NCBI GenBank assembly: GCA_020632635.1 | Contig: JACKFE010000002.1 | Span: 495,625-559,624, forward strand | Direction of reading: 5' to 3' | Source: Nitrospiraceae bacterium | GTDB taxonomy: Bacteria; Nitrospirota; Nitrospiria; Nitrospirales; UBA8639 | DNA: 64,000 nucleotides | Part shown: piece by piece, positions 27,923-38,357 of the stretch | Layout of the letters: each line of letters starts with the position of its first letter | Numbering within the stretch: the stretch's first letter is position 1 | Position numbers and translations under genes: made by a program | The notes under the pieces: model-generated | The model's input: only the letters and a program-made list of their open reading frames with translations | Databases searched by the model: none | What the model was told of the DNA's origin: nothing

Positions 27923-29293
27923 ATGACCTTCCCGCAACCCAAACAACTTTTGTATTCGTTGCTCGCCTGCGTATCGTTGCAGGCCGGTCTTCCTTTCGCT
28001 CACGCCTCAGTGCCGGATGAGACAACGACCATCACACTGGACAAAGCCGTTCACTTTTTAGGGACGGACGGCAGCGATGTCGTGGCTAATCCAGGGGAAT
28101 ACAGCGTCGAAACGGCGCAGGAATGGCTCCGGCTCATTCCAGGCACTCAACGCCGGGACGCCCTCCTAATCGAATCGCAAAAAGGTACCCATGAAGTCGG
28201 TGTCGAAGTGCCGATCGTGATCTCCACACCAGGGACCGAACCTGATGCATTAGACGTACACGTGGTCCAATACCTGAACCCGGATGGCACCAGTCTGGTC
28301 GCCACAGGCACATATAGCGGGATTCAATCCCGTGGACTCTTCGATGCCGCCAAGAAAGCCGCCGCCCAAGCTAGAGCAAGAGCCGAAGCAGCCAGACGGG
28401 CAGCAGCCGCGAAAGCAGCGGCGGCGGCAGCGAAAGCCAAACAGGTGGCTGAAGCGGCTCGCATGGCTGCCTTGAAGGCCAAACAAGAAGCGGAACGGAT
28501 CGCCAAAGAAGCCGCCGCCCAAGCCACTCAACTGGCCAAAATTGCGGCTTGCAAGGCAACGGTCGGTGCCTTAAAGGCCGGAAAAGCTGTGGCGACGTTC
28601 ATGCAACAAGTTATCCCCACCGCTAAACAACGGAAGACCAGCGCTGACAACAGCTTTAAACACGATGCCAACTTCCGGGATCAATTACTGTCGCAAATCA
28701 CCAATAAGCTTCAGGCCCACCAGCAAAAAGTCCCGGAATTAAAGCGAATCGCGATCGCCATGAATAACCCCCAAAACCGGGCAAAACTGGATGCCATTTT
28801 CGGAACCGATCAATTCTGTACGGATTCCATTGGAGAGATGCAGCGAAAACTCATTCAGGCCGGCTTGGCTCCAAACTTTGCCTTGATTCAAAGCCGAGGA
28901 GTTGATGATCCCCACTTTTATATTGGCTATCAAATCACCCTGGGCGGTGGTGTTGCAGCAGGCGCGCAAGCCGGGTTGATGGGAGTCGTGGATTTTCATG
29001 GCAATGGGGGAAAATATTGGTTCATCGGACCCCAGGCCATTACCAATGCCGCCGTGGGCTTAACCGCGGAGGTGGCCTTTTATCCTAGTGTGCCGCTGAG
29101 CTCCTTTGATGGATGGGGAGCCGGTGTGGGCATTTCTGCGGGTCCACCATCCAAAATTGTTTCCGGTGCTGTAGATGTGATGCTGGACGAGACCGTCAAG
29201 AAGTTTCAGGGCTTCGGATTTGGTCCTGGAGTCGGAGTCGGCCTTTCACCGGTTGATGGGGCCTTCTCCTACACCCATTCCTGGAAGTATTAA
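27923..29293 (+). CDS. Secreted protein with the shared N-terminal module, an Ala/Lys-rich helical region and a Gly-rich C-terminal domain
   Basis: Signal peptide (…GLPFAHASVP). The module ends LVATGTYSGIQSRGLFD. AAKKAAAQARARAEAARRAAAAKAAAAAAKAK. The C-terminus is similar to that of gene 11594..13540. Confidence 0.8.
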   Translation: MTFPQPKQLLYSLLACVSLQAGLPFAHASVPDETTTITLDKAVHFLGTDGSDVVANPGEYSVETAQEWLRLIPGTQRRDALLIESQKGTHEVGVEVPIVISTPGTEPDALDVHVVQYLNPDGTSLVATGTYSGIQSRGLFDAAKKAAAQARARAEAARRAAAAKAAAAAAKAKQVAEAARMAALKAKQEAERIAKEAAAQATQLAKIAACKATVGALKAGKAVATFMQQVIPTAKQRKTSADNSFKHDANFRDQLLSQITNKLQAHQQKVPELKRIAIAMNNPQNRAKLDAIFGTDQFCTDSIGEMQRKLIQAGLAPNFALIQSRGVDDPHFYIGYQITLGGGVAAGAQAGLMGVVDFHGNGGKYWFIGPQAITNAAVGLTAEVAFYPSVPLSSFDGWGAGVGISAGPPSKIVSGAVDVMLDETVKKFQGFGFGPGVGVGLSPVDGAFSYTHSWKY

Positions 29294-29385
29294 TACTCTC
29301 ATAATACACGGTGATAAAAAATCAAGAGGACCGGCCCTGCTTCGCCAATCTAGTTCGTTAAAATGACTGCCGAAAGGAATGTTCC

Positions 29386-29892
29386 ATGGCAAGACTGCAC
29401 TCCCTTCCACGCATCATCACCCTCATCAGCCTGCTTACTGGCATCGGAAGTTCCCAGGCTTTGGCGGCTGATGTGAGTCCAAATATCCAGGATCGGTATT
29501 CTTCTCCATCAAAGGGGAGAGTGTTGTTGCCATCGGAGAAGCCCCGAACGCCCAAACAGCCCCCAACGATTGAACAACGTTTGGATTATCTGACGTCGAA
29601 AATAGCAACCCTGGAGCAGACCGTTACCACCCTTCAGAGTCAAGTCATTGTTCAAACCCAACAGATTGCCCAACTGCGTCAAGTCATTTCCGTGCACTCA
29701 TCCGGCGCCGTCACGATACAAGCTCCCAACATCCTCAACATCTCTGCCGGCAGTACAGTAAAGCTGGAAGCGAGTTTGGTCGATGTCAAAGCCGGGCTGA
29801 CGGGCGTGCATGGCGTCTTGAAGGCAGATACGGTTATTACCACGAATGTGATCTCGCCATCCTATTCACCTGGCGCCGGAAATATTTGGTAA
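29386..29892 (+). CDS. Secreted coiled-coil protein with a short beta-helix/spike-like C-terminus (paralog of 43966 and 45476)
   Basis: Signal peptide (…GIGSSQALAADV). Heptad region LDYLTSKIATLEQTVTTLQSQVIVQTQQIAQLRQVI. C-terminus VTIQAPNILNISAGSTVKLEASLVDVKAG... Confidence 0.65.
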   Translation: MARLHSLPRIITLISLLTGIGSSQALAADVSPNIQDRYSSPSKGRVLLPSEKPRTPKQPPTIEQRLDYLTSKIATLEQTVTTLQSQVIVQTQQIAQLRQVISVHSSGAVTIQAPNILNISAGSTVKLEASLVDVKAGLTGVHGVLKADTVITTNVISPSYSPGAGNIW

Positions 29893-30439
29893 ATCAAAAA
29901 GTCCGACAGTCCCTAAAAATCTAAGGATTCAGCACCAGCATCACACCTCGTTGCACCAGTAGAACTATAGCACCGCTACTGACGTTGACCGTATCATTGA
30001 AGTCGATCCCCCGAACGGTTCCTTGCCCAACTCCCCTAAATGGCACAAACCAGTTGTCCACCTCTACCATGGAGCGGAGGGAGGCAGGAATACAGAGCCC
30101 CCCACTCATTGGGAATGGTAGTGGAAAATGTATAATCCATACACATGCCAGACATCCCTGTCGCAGTAACCGTATTGGTTGCGAACCGGAACACGACCAG
30201 TCACTCAATCTCAAAAATTTTAGTTGTTGATGATGACGAAGACATTCGTTCCGTCATTAGAGAAATCCTTCCATGGAGAAGGTGACAAGGTTGCCTTGCC
30301 GCCTTCGGTGAAAAGGAGGCGGGATGTTTGGGGACAGAAATTTTTCATAGTGTCTTGCTGGATCCGATGCGGGAAAATAAAACGATGGCGTAGGGGTCAA
30401 CCTAGGACTTCCAAATATTTCGAACTCAAAACCTGTGGA

Positions 30440-31258
30440 TTAAGGGAGGGGAATCTCTCTGAGGACAGGGTTACCTTGATTCTGCTTGATGGCCTCCTCC
30501 TCAACCCTATCAGCCTCTGTCTGTGTTTGATTCTTCCCTGACATTGGCGGAATGGCTGCCGGAGGCGATTGATCTTCCTGAAGCGGAGAAGGGTTTTCTT
30601 GCCCCGGCTGAAAGCTTTGGACAGGAGGCCAGCCTTCCTGCTCCTTGGGGGTATATAGCCGATGCACTTCTTTGTTTATTTCTTCTACAACGTATTCATG
30701 CCTCAGAGCCTTGGAGGAGCCGGTTCCCGGAGTGTCGTAAAGGATATGGCCTTTCCGGATACTCACAACCGGCAGCCCATCGTTTCCATATACCAGATCC
30801 TCGATAATCCGAAACCGTCCAGACGGACAATCCACTATAGGACAATCAATGGCTGTATTCTGATGAACAAACAGAAGATCCCGGCTTCCTACCTGGAATT
30901 GGGGTATATGGGAAACCTCCAAGTACCGGCCATCGGATGCCTGTCCGCCCAAAAATCGCAGCGTTAAATGAGTCCCTTCTGCAGAACGCCCTTTCAGCAA
31001 ATATTCGATTCGATAAGTAACATATGTCGAGGGTACAACATTGGGAGCATCAGGACTTTCTCGACTCTCACGAAATTCCAGTTTCTCCACCGTTCCCGAA
31101 AAAATAAATCCGGCCTCTTTCACCATGTAGGAGAGGGACGGTTCCGAGCCCGGCTCCCTCATCACCCCCTGGCTATACCCAGGATGTCCCAGTATCAGCG
31201 TCCAGGCTACCACAACCAGGATGAGTGGGGATCCATAGGCAGGCCTCGCATTACACAT
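30440..31258 (-). CDS. Secreted protein, paralog family A (CPxVDCxxGRFR domain plus a P/E-rich tail)
   Basis: 272 aa with a signal peptide. TYVTYRIEYLLKGRSAEGTHLTLRFLGG...DCPIVDCPSGRFRII aligns with gene 32620..33780. Confidence 0.7.
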   Translation of the reverse strand: MCNARPAYGSPLILVVVAWTLILGHPGYSQGVMREPGSEPSLSYMVKEAGFIFSGTVEKLEFRESRESPDAPNVVPSTYVTYRIEYLLKGRSAEGTHLTLRFLGGQASDGRYLEVSHIPQFQVGSRDLLFVHQNTAIDCPIVDCPSGRFRIIEDLVYGNDGLPVVSIRKGHILYDTPGTGSSKALRHEYVVEEINKEVHRLYTPKEQEGWPPVQSFQPGQENPSPLQEDQSPPAAIPPMSGKNQTQTEADRVEEEAIKQNQGNPVLREIPLP

Positions 31259-31443
31259 GGCTCAAGGCTCCTCGGCAGCCCCATCTGTTGTGAACGGTCA
31301 ACATAAAGCGATGTTTCTCATTGAAAAATTGTACGCTCAACTCCTGAAACAGCTCAACATTGTCATCCCATTCACCTCCAGAGAGCGGGTAGAACGAAGA
31401 TCTACCCGCTCCCTTTGGTTCATCCAAGTCAGAGGACGTGCCA

Positions 31444-32532
31444 CTAATTGATCCGAATCCCCACATACGAGGAATTATTCGCCTCATTGCTTTCCGCAAT
31501 GGCGTTATCGGGATCAATGATCGCGCCTATGTGGTAATTAGCCCCACTCGTTAAATCATTGGGAATCGTAAGAGTGGTATTTTTCGTGGTATACACGGTG
31601 TTTCGACACACCGAAACACTGCCGGTGCCAATATGCCGGTCCCAGGTCGTAATCAGATCATTGGTTGAAATATAGTATTTCACTGGAACATTATTCTTGC
31701 ATCCTGATCCCAAGTTTTCATACGACATTTCAAGGCGTATTGGTTGGCCTTTGTTTACACGATATCGTGGTTCGCCTGCATCATTGAACGAAGACACCAC
31801 ACTCGTTCCCGCCGAATTCCAAACCCTGGTCCGTGCATGGGTGCTGTATTCTCCACTGGATCCGGTCCATCGCCAATGGGCGATGGCCACATCATTGGTA
31901 TTGTTATCGTTTCCGTACAGATCGACGGCGCCGTTACTGGCATCTTCTCCGGGATAAGCATACGCGGTAGAGCCGTTCGCATGCATATGGGTGCTATCTG
32001 AACCCATCGCGTTATAGGTATAGGACACGTGCTTCAGCCCAAGCGCATGGCCCAATTCATGAACGGCGACCGTCTGAAAGGAGCGAGAACCTCCTCCATA
32101 CCCCGAGAGGGTCTTTTTGTTATGGGTATAGTGGTAAGGCGTGGTGTTTCTAAAGACCACATCCGCTTCAACCAGATGCCCGGTCAAACAGGTATACCAA
32201 TAGTAGGCCACGGCCGGAGCATTCAGGTTGTCCGTCCACCAGACTTCATTTTGGAAATTCCCCTTTCCCACCCCCGGTTCGTTATAGCTCAACGTGAAGG
32301 TAAATTTGCTGGGATTTTGGTTCCAAAGGTTAATTGACTCCGTCAAGGCATTTCTCCAGGGTCCGGCCGGGAATCCTGTACCGGACGCTCGCATCTGCAC
32401 CGAATTAGATCCCCATTTCTGTGTGATCCCGGCACATTTAATTTTCTCGTATGAATGACCCACCGCCGGGGAACAAACCGTGACCAGTAGAGACAACAAC
32501 ACAAAATGTTTGATTTTCATTTCTTCCTCCAT
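31444..32532 (-). CDS. Secreted metzincin-type zinc metalloprotease with a C-terminal CARDB-like domain
   Basis: Signal peptide. HELGHALGLKH (HExxHxxGxxH), with NAMG downstream. The C-terminus ends ...IIDPDNAIAESNEANNSSYV, typical of CARDB. Confidence 0.75.
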   Translation of the reverse strand: MEEEMKIKHFVLLSLLVTVCSPAVGHSYEKIKCAGITQKWGSNSVQMRASGTGFPAGPWRNALTESINLWNQNPSKFTFTLSYNEPGVGKGNFQNEVWWTDNLNAPAVAYYWYTCLTGHLVEADVVFRNTTPYHYTHNKKTLSGYGGGSRSFQTVAVHELGHALGLKHVSYTYNAMGSDSTHMHANGSTAYAYPGEDASNGAVDLYGNDNNTNDVAIAHWRWTGSSGEYSTHARTRVWNSAGTSVVSSFNDAGEPRYRVNKGQPIRLEMSYENLGSGCKNNVPVKYYISTNDLITTWDRHIGTGSVSVCRNTVYTTKNTTLTIPNDLTSGANYHIGAIIDPDNAIAESNEANNSSYVGIRIN

Positions 32533-32619
32533 CAGTCGAGATAATGATGTTCAAAGTGAAATGGCTTAAACTTTATGTCCTAATCAATTCTGAGATTCTG
32601 CGCATGAACCCAAAGGATT

Positions 32620-33780
32620 TCAGGGTTGGAGATTTCCCATAGGCCCTGGATCCTCCTCGCCATCGAATAGCATATTTCCTTCCAACGGCAGGATTTCCTC
32701 TTCTTCCGCTCCTCCCGACTCAATCCCGCGTGGAATGACACGAAGAGGCTTTTGGATTTTAAGATTCGGAAGTAGTGGCCGTTGAATTTCCAAGTTCGGT
32801 TTGATCTGCAAATTGGGCTTCAATCCGCCTGGAGGCCCTTCTTTGAACACGGGATTCATGGCATTTTTCATCAACCATTCAGCTTCTTGTTTATCGAACT
32901 CATTCAAAGGGGCAGCCTCCGGTCGCTCAGGCGCCACTCGCATAGTGGGAGCCTGAGGAGAATGAGGGCGAAGTTTCAACGCCTGGCCTGGCCGCATACT
33001 CTGGACCGGTTTCAGCGCCGCGAGTTTTTCCGGCCGGATTTTGGCTTTTTCCTGGGCCACACGATCTCGGAATTTGAGCATATTTAAATGCTCCCCTGGA
33101 ATTCTCAACTGTTCGCCTTGGTTATATTGCCCCTTGCCTTGTTCTGCTCCCTCCGCGTCATCAGGGTCAATTTCAAAATTAAACGGCAAATTGCCGATCT
33201 TATTATTCATCACCTCAGGCAGCCGATGTTGTTTGCCAAAGAAGATATTTCCTTGAGCTGTCAGTCTGACTTCATGCCCGTCATTGGTAAACATGTGATT
33301 ATTGATCACCCGGAAACGCCCCTTGTCGCAGTCGACCAAAGGACAGTCCGACTCTCCGTTACTTTGGACAAACACCAAATCCCGTTCCCCCACATCAAAC
33401 AGAGGGGAATTCGACACAACCAGAATACGGCCATCCTTGGCCGGTCCACCCAAAAAGCGCAGCGTTACGTTTTTACCTTCGGTGGCTTGTCCCTTTTCGA
33501 TATTTTCAATTTGATAGGTCACAAATGTTTGGGGCAGCTCGCCTTCTTCCGATTCGGTTCCTTGAGCCATCCCGTATTCCACCTTCGAAACCACTCCTTG
33601 AAAAATCAGTTCGGCCTGATCGGTCATGGTCCTCAAGCTTGTTCGCGGCGGTTCATGGGCATGCGCGACTGGGTTGAAGCAGGCGACTCCTGCCACTGCC
33701 AATGCCGTGATCCATCCCATGGTGGAGATAGCTCTTCTTGTCTGACTGTGTTCTCTAACCATTGTGTTGCTCCTTCTCAA
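32620..33780 (-). CDS. Secreted protein, paralog family A, with a C-terminal LQIKP repeat, IPRGIESGG motif and acidic tail
   Basis: 386 aa. TFVTYQIENIEKGQATEGKNVTLRFLGG...DCPLVDCDKGRFRVI. Tail: KPNLQIKPNLEIQRPLLPNLKIQKPLRVIPRGIESGGAEEEE. Confidence 0.7.
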   Translation of the reverse strand: MRRSNTMVREHSQTRRAISTMGWITALAVAGVACFNPVAHAHEPPRTSLRTMTDQAELIFQGVVSKVEYGMAQGTESEEGELPQTFVTYQIENIEKGQATEGKNVTLRFLGGPAKDGRILVVSNSPLFDVGERDLVFVQSNGESDCPLVDCDKGRFRVINNHMFTNDGHEVRLTAQGNIFFGKQHRLPEVMNNKIGNLPFNFEIDPDDAEGAEQGKGQYNQGEQLRIPGEHLNMLKFRDRVAQEKAKIRPEKLAALKPVQSMRPGQALKLRPHSPQAPTMRVAPERPEAAPLNEFDKQEAEWLMKNAMNPVFKEGPPGGLKPNLQIKPNLEIQRPLLPNLKIQKPLRVIPRGIESGGAEEEEILPLEGNMLFDGEEDPGPMGNLQP

Positions 33781-34463
33781 TGAGTGATTTCATCATGAGA
33801 CACCTGTGTCTCTGTCCATTTTCTTTTTCTGCTTCACCAATCCCTGACAACCCCAGGGAATCAACCTGAAACTTCCTCAGGCAGAAAGAGGGCCGGTGGC
33901 CCCCGAGAACCCTTCCGACACGAATGCATGACAGTTTGGCTATTCATGAGTTCCCTCACCGACGCTGTACTGCGTCCAATTTGGTATGCCTGTCGGTTAT
34001 TTTTCGTTTTTCAAGTGGTATGTCGCTCTCCCTTTGATTTTGGTTCAATGATTTTTTCGTATTCACCAACCACCAGGCATTATGCCTTTATCAATTTTCA
34101 TACCAATCGAAAAACCCCAAAAAATCCGCAAAACGGAGGGTTCTTCTTGCCGGTCTCTCTCGAAAAATTCCCTTTGAGATACAAGTCGTATCTTATGGGA
34201 TACGAACCAACGCGATTGCCGACGGGATCACGATTCCAATACACCTGGACCTTGCCGACGATCTTCTTTGGGACGCCCTCTGTTTTGGACAACGGTCTTT
34301 TCAAAGACGAGTCATTCACTCTCCTCATTAATTGGAGGCTGATATCTTTCACCTTCCTTCCCATGATCCATATTGATACATTGCATCCATCGATCTGGAT
34401 TGTTGGACAATTCAAAAATCATTTGATGTAACGCATCGCCCTGTTCTCCCCAAGACATTCGGC

Positions 34464-36185
34464 ATGGCAAGGATTGTGACTCACCAGCACTCTCATCCCT
34501 TCAGAGTCAATCTTGGAATTGGCTTGGTTCTTCTCATCGCTGTCCTAATCGTTACCTGGCCTTTAGCCCTTCATTGGAAACAAACGGTAGGATTAGGCAC
34601 CGAACAAGAAGCGACAGTTCCACTGTTTAATGCCTGGACTCTTTGGTGGGTAGGCGATCGCGTAGGGCATGGATTCGCCCACTTTTGGCAGGCGCCCATT
34701 TTTTTCCCCAGTGAAGGGACCTTCACATTTTCTGAACCTCAACCTCTGACAGGCATGTTGGCATTCCTGGCCAGCCGCTGGCTGCCTTCTCCAATTGCCG
34801 CATACAACGGAGCGATTTTATTCTGTCTCTGGCTCAATGGAGTATTCGGGTACCGGTTGGGCCGAGCCTTCCAGATTCCCTGGTGGCCGGCCTTGTTGGG
34901 TGGATTACTCTTCATCAGCCTCCCGGTCACACAAAAATTCTTGGGAGTTCTTCCCCTCATTCCCTTGTTCGGTGTGTTATGGGCGCTGGAAGGATTCATC
35001 CGATTCGGGCGCGAAGGATCATGGCGGACAGCCATCTGGACCGGCATTGGCTTACTCGTTCTCCTCTTCACTTCCCAACAACTGGCACTCTTATTCGTTC
35101 TGTTCATGTTCCCAGCCGGGCTCCTGGCCTTGGCCCAACAACATATGTCCTCCGGAGCGGTTCTCAAATTGGGAGGGGTCGCCATGGGGGTTCTGTTGGT
35201 GGCCGGCTGGTATGCCTGGTATCCCATAACCCTACATCAATCATTAGACTTCACACGGTCTGAACATCTGGTCAATCTGCTCTCCGCCCGTTTTTCGGAT
35301 TATCTTTCTAAGCCTATTTCCGGCTCCTTTCCCTTCCCTCCGCGGGAAGACCTTCTCTCGGACACCGGAGGCCTCTTCCCGGGATTCGTGCTGATCGCAA
35401 TGGCAGGTTGGGGGGGGATTCAGGGGATTAAAAGCAGCGAGTCATACGGATGGACGTGGTATGCCATCGGAAGCGGAACCATGGCTTTCCTGCTGTCGTT
35501 GGGCACCCATTCCGTTCTTGACGGAGGAATGACTTTGGGGTTCCTACGGGATTGGGTGCCTGGGTTTCATGAATTACGAAGTCCGTTTCGATTTGCTATT
35601 TTTGTGCAGATATTCCTGGGCTTGTTGGGTGTGCTTGGGATTCGGCATCTCTATATTCACAATACGGCTTGGATTCATCGGATCATACTTGGGCTTATCA
35701 TGGTGTGTGGGATGGCCGAAAATCTGTCAGTCCCCCAACCACTGGCCCATGTTCCTACTTCATCGCCTTCTCCGTGGACAACATGGCTGAGCACACATCC
35801 AGAACGCCGGATTCTCGCCCATGTCCCCTTTCCCTCCGGCCTTCACGTCTCCGATTATCAAATCGAAACCACCCGGATGCTGGCGCAGACGATCCATCAC
35901 AAACCTCTTATTAACGGATACTCCGGATTTTTTCCCCCGGGCTATATCCAATTCCAATCAGATATGGCCAAGAATTTCCCTTCTCCGTTTTTGCTCTGTT
36001 TTCTAGGCAACGAACTGAAGGTCGACACGCTCGTTATCGACCGATCCTGGCAGGAAGCCCATCGCGACCAAATGGAAGCATTTCCTGAACTATCGAAGAT
36101 TGCTTACGATGACGAGGATGTGGTGATTATCGAGATCGGACCGTCGCAGGAGACCTGTCCTCCGTTAACAGCCCCTCTACCCTGA
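34464..36185 (+). CDS. Polytopic integral membrane protein, possibly a GT-C-type glycosyltransferase
   Basis: 573 aa with more than 10 hydrophobic segments followed by a soluble C-terminal part. It is convergent with a polyprenyl-phosphate-type GT2 gene. No specific family recognised. Confidence 0.5.
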   Translation: MARIVTHQHSHPFRVNLGIGLVLLIAVLIVTWPLALHWKQTVGLGTEQEATVPLFNAWTLWWVGDRVGHGFAHFWQAPIFFPSEGTFTFSEPQPLTGMLAFLASRWLPSPIAAYNGAILFCLWLNGVFGYRLGRAFQIPWWPALLGGLLFISLPVTQKFLGVLPLIPLFGVLWALEGFIRFGREGSWRTAIWTGIGLLVLLFTSQQLALLFVLFMFPAGLLALAQQHMSSGAVLKLGGVAMGVLLVAGWYAWYPITLHQSLDFTRSEHLVNLLSARFSDYLSKPISGSFPFPPREDLLSDTGGLFPGFVLIAMAGWGGIQGIKSSESYGWTWYAIGSGTMAFLLSLGTHSVLDGGMTLGFLRDWVPGFHELRSPFRFAIFVQIFLGLLGVLGIRHLYIHNTAWIHRIILGLIMVCGMAENLSVPQPLAHVPTSSPSPWTTWLSTHPERRILAHVPFPSGLHVSDYQIETTRMLAQTIHHKPLINGYSGFFPPGYIQFQSDMAKNFPSPFLLCFLGNELKVDTLVIDRSWQEAHRDQMEAFPELSKIAYDDEDVVIIEIGPSQETCPPLTAPLP

Positions 36186-36962
36186 TGATGACAACCGTCG
36201 AGTACGGTAGCGGTATAACGTCCTGATTGACTGCAGACCATCTCTCCATCTGATTTTTTTCCCGTCGGCTTTACTCCGGGGAGCATAGGAAATAGGAACT
36301 TCTGTGATCCGCCAATGTTGTTGGGCGATTTTTAACGTCAACTCCAGTTCCATATCGAAGCCTGACTCTTCCAGAGTGATGGCCTCCAGGACTTCCTTTT
36401 TCAAGACCTTGTATCCTGTCCAGACGTCGGTGATCGCCAATCCCGTCAACGCATTGGCGAGGCCAGTAAACATCTTGTTGCCCCAATAAGATATCAATGG
36501 CCACGTTCCCTGCCATTCCCCCAAAAATCGAGAGCCGTAGACGACATCCGCCTGATCAGTCAGCAAGGGCTCCAAGAGACGAGGATAGGCTTGAGGATCA
36601 TATTCCAAATCGGCGTCTTGTACGATTAGGATGCTGCCTTTGGCATTTTGAAATCCAGTCTTCAGGGCCGCGCCTTTTCCTTGGTTCGATGAGTGAACAA
36701 TGACCTGGACAGGCGCCAATTCGGCCAGACACTGATCAGACGATTCCCCTCGTACATTTTCACGACCGCAGCCAGGCCCGAACCGCTCCTGAAGCCACTC
36801 CCGTGTCCCATCGTTGGATCCATCATCCACGATAATCAGTTCTTTGAAGATCTCCGTTTTTTGAACTCGCTTCACAATCGCTTCAATGGTTTTTCGCTCG
36901 TTATAAACCGGCATCACGATACTAACCAGTTGTATTTTTGATTTTTTTTCGTTTTGAACCAT
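36177..36962 (-). CDS. Family 2 glycosyltransferase (polyprenyl/dolichyl-phosphate sugar synthase-like)
   Basis: VSIVMPVYNERKTIEAIV, IIVDDGSNDGT and QDADLEYDP are classic GT2 (GT-A) motifs. Confidence 0.8.
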   Translation of the reverse strand: MVQNEKKSKIQLVSIVMPVYNERKTIEAIVKRVQKTEIFKELIIVDDGSNDGTREWLQERFGPGCGRENVRGESSDQCLAELAPVQVIVHSSNQGKGAALKTGFQNAKGSILIVQDADLEYDPQAYPRLLEPLLTDQADVVYGSRFLGEWQGTWPLISYWGNKMFTGLANALTGLAITDVWTGYKVLKKEVLEAITLEESGFDMELELTLKIAQQHWRITEVPISYAPRSKADGKKIRWRDGLQSIRTLYRYRTRRLSSSG

Positions 36963-37145
36963 GGCCGGTCGCCTTCCGACTCACAAATACAAATAATGAA
37001 ACTCTTTTGGCTAGCCTACCATGAACTTTTCCATAATTCTCTTTTCCGTCATTGCTTTTTCCGCAAAGTCGACTACAATGATCCCTCGACGGTTTGGGAC
37101 GGTCCCACTTTCTGTTCATGGGATTTTTCACCACAGGAGTAGGAC

Positions 37146-37667
37146 ATGAATGCACGACTTTCCTCAATCCCTTCATCGCATAGTCAGAGTCGTACGAAGA
37201 GCGTGCTACGCCGATTGAGCCGGGCCAAGGCGCTTCGCTTTTGTGGAACCCTGTGCTTCCTCCTTACGGTCATGGGATGCCGTGGTTCAGATGCTCCCCC
37301 GGTGTCTCATGGTGGTCCGGTTCACGATCACGTCAGCTTGGTCGATACCCTTCGAACACAAGGCTTCACCGTTGAACCCACGGGTCCGGTCACACAACCA
37401 TTTTTCCCTGTACCCGGACAAACCCTCCACGTGGAGGGTCAGGACATCCAAGTCTTTGAATTCTCCGATGCGGACGCCGCCAAATCTCAGGCTGAGGAAA
37501 TTTCCCCGGATGGAATGACTGTTGGACAAACGGCTGTGCAATGGGTTCATCCTCCTCATTTTTTCACCGCAGGAAAAATTATCGTCTTGTACGTGGGCAC
37601 AGACCGTAAGTTTCTCAATCAAATAAAGACGGTGCTCGGGGAACCCATTACCCAACACGTCCCTTAA
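37146..37667 (+). CDS. Hypothetical lipoprotein
   Basis: 173 aa. N-terminal basic region then CFLLTVMGCRG (lipobox-like). No family recognised. Confidence 0.55.
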   Translation: MNARLSSIPSSHSQSRTKSVLRRLSRAKALRFCGTLCFLLTVMGCRGSDAPPVSHGGPVHDHVSLVDTLRTQGFTVEPTGPVTQPFFPVPGQTLHVEGQDIQVFEFSDADAAKSQAEEISPDGMTVGQTAVQWVHPPHFFTAGKIIVLYVGTDRKFLNQIKTVLGEPITQHVP

Positions 37668-37770
37668 CCCCATGCCAATATTTAAAAAGTATAGAAAGAC
37701 TCAGCCAACACTCGCGGGATACCGTGCAGATATCCCGGTCTATCCATCATCAAACTCAAGGAGGTTGCAC

Positions 37771-38298
37771 ATGAGAGGGAAAATCCTGACCGGATTTCTT
37801 GCTCTGATTGCTCTTGGATTATTGGCCCTGAATGTTCAGGTCAGTAACGCACACAAATGGGGCAATTGGCATTGGGACAAAAGCACCATCAACATGTGGG
37901 TGTATGGGAGCAAACAAACCGAATCGAAAGCCGCCATTAAAGATTGGGATGACCATACCGACCTCAAGCTCCCATTAAAATCATCGCATACCGATGTCAG
38001 TGTCTTCGGGGCCAATGCGGGCAATACGGGCTGGGCGGGCCTGGCCTCCATCAAAGAATACGAATTTGATTGGTGGGATAAATGGTGCTGGTGCAGGATT
38101 AAACATGCCCATGCACAATTTAACACCTATTACAATTATTCAAGCGCCAGCGTGCAGGGTGTGCAATGTCAGGAAGTGGGGCATACATTCGGGCTGGACC
38201 ATAGTGCAACCAATGGATGCATGGCGAAAGGCTATTACAGCCCCAACTCGAATTACACCAACAGTCACAATTGGTCTGACATTAATTCGATGTATTAA
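37771..38298 (+). CDS. Small secreted metzincin-like (snapalysin/M7-M10-like) protein with an atypical QExxHxxGxxH motif
   Basis: ATG at 37771 follows AAGGAGG. Signal peptide MRGKILTGFLALIALGLLALNVQVSNA. The motif is VQCQEVGHTFGLDHS, with Gln where the first zinc-ligand His is expected. Confidence 0.55.
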   Translation: MRGKILTGFLALIALGLLALNVQVSNAHKWGNWHWDKSTINMWVYGSKQTESKAAIKDWDDHTDLKLPLKSSHTDVSVFGANAGNTGWAGLASIKEYEFDWWDKWCWCRIKHAHAQFNTYYNYSSASVQGVQCQEVGHTFGLDHSATNGCMAKGYYSPNSNYTNSHNWSDINSMY

Positions 38299-38357
38299 CC
38301 ACGCAAGGGCACCTGGTAGATCACTCAATGATCGTACACACCACAAGGAGAGCACCT

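Noticed and set aside
33088-33783. 231-aa plus-strand ORF
   Set aside because: It is antisense to family-A gene 32620..33780, which has a paralog (30440..31258) that supports the minus-strand frame.
33928-34431. ORFs 33928..34431 (+) and 34098..34415 (-) in the gap before the membrane-protein gene
   Set aside because: They overlap each other. Neither has a recognisable motif, RBS or paralog.
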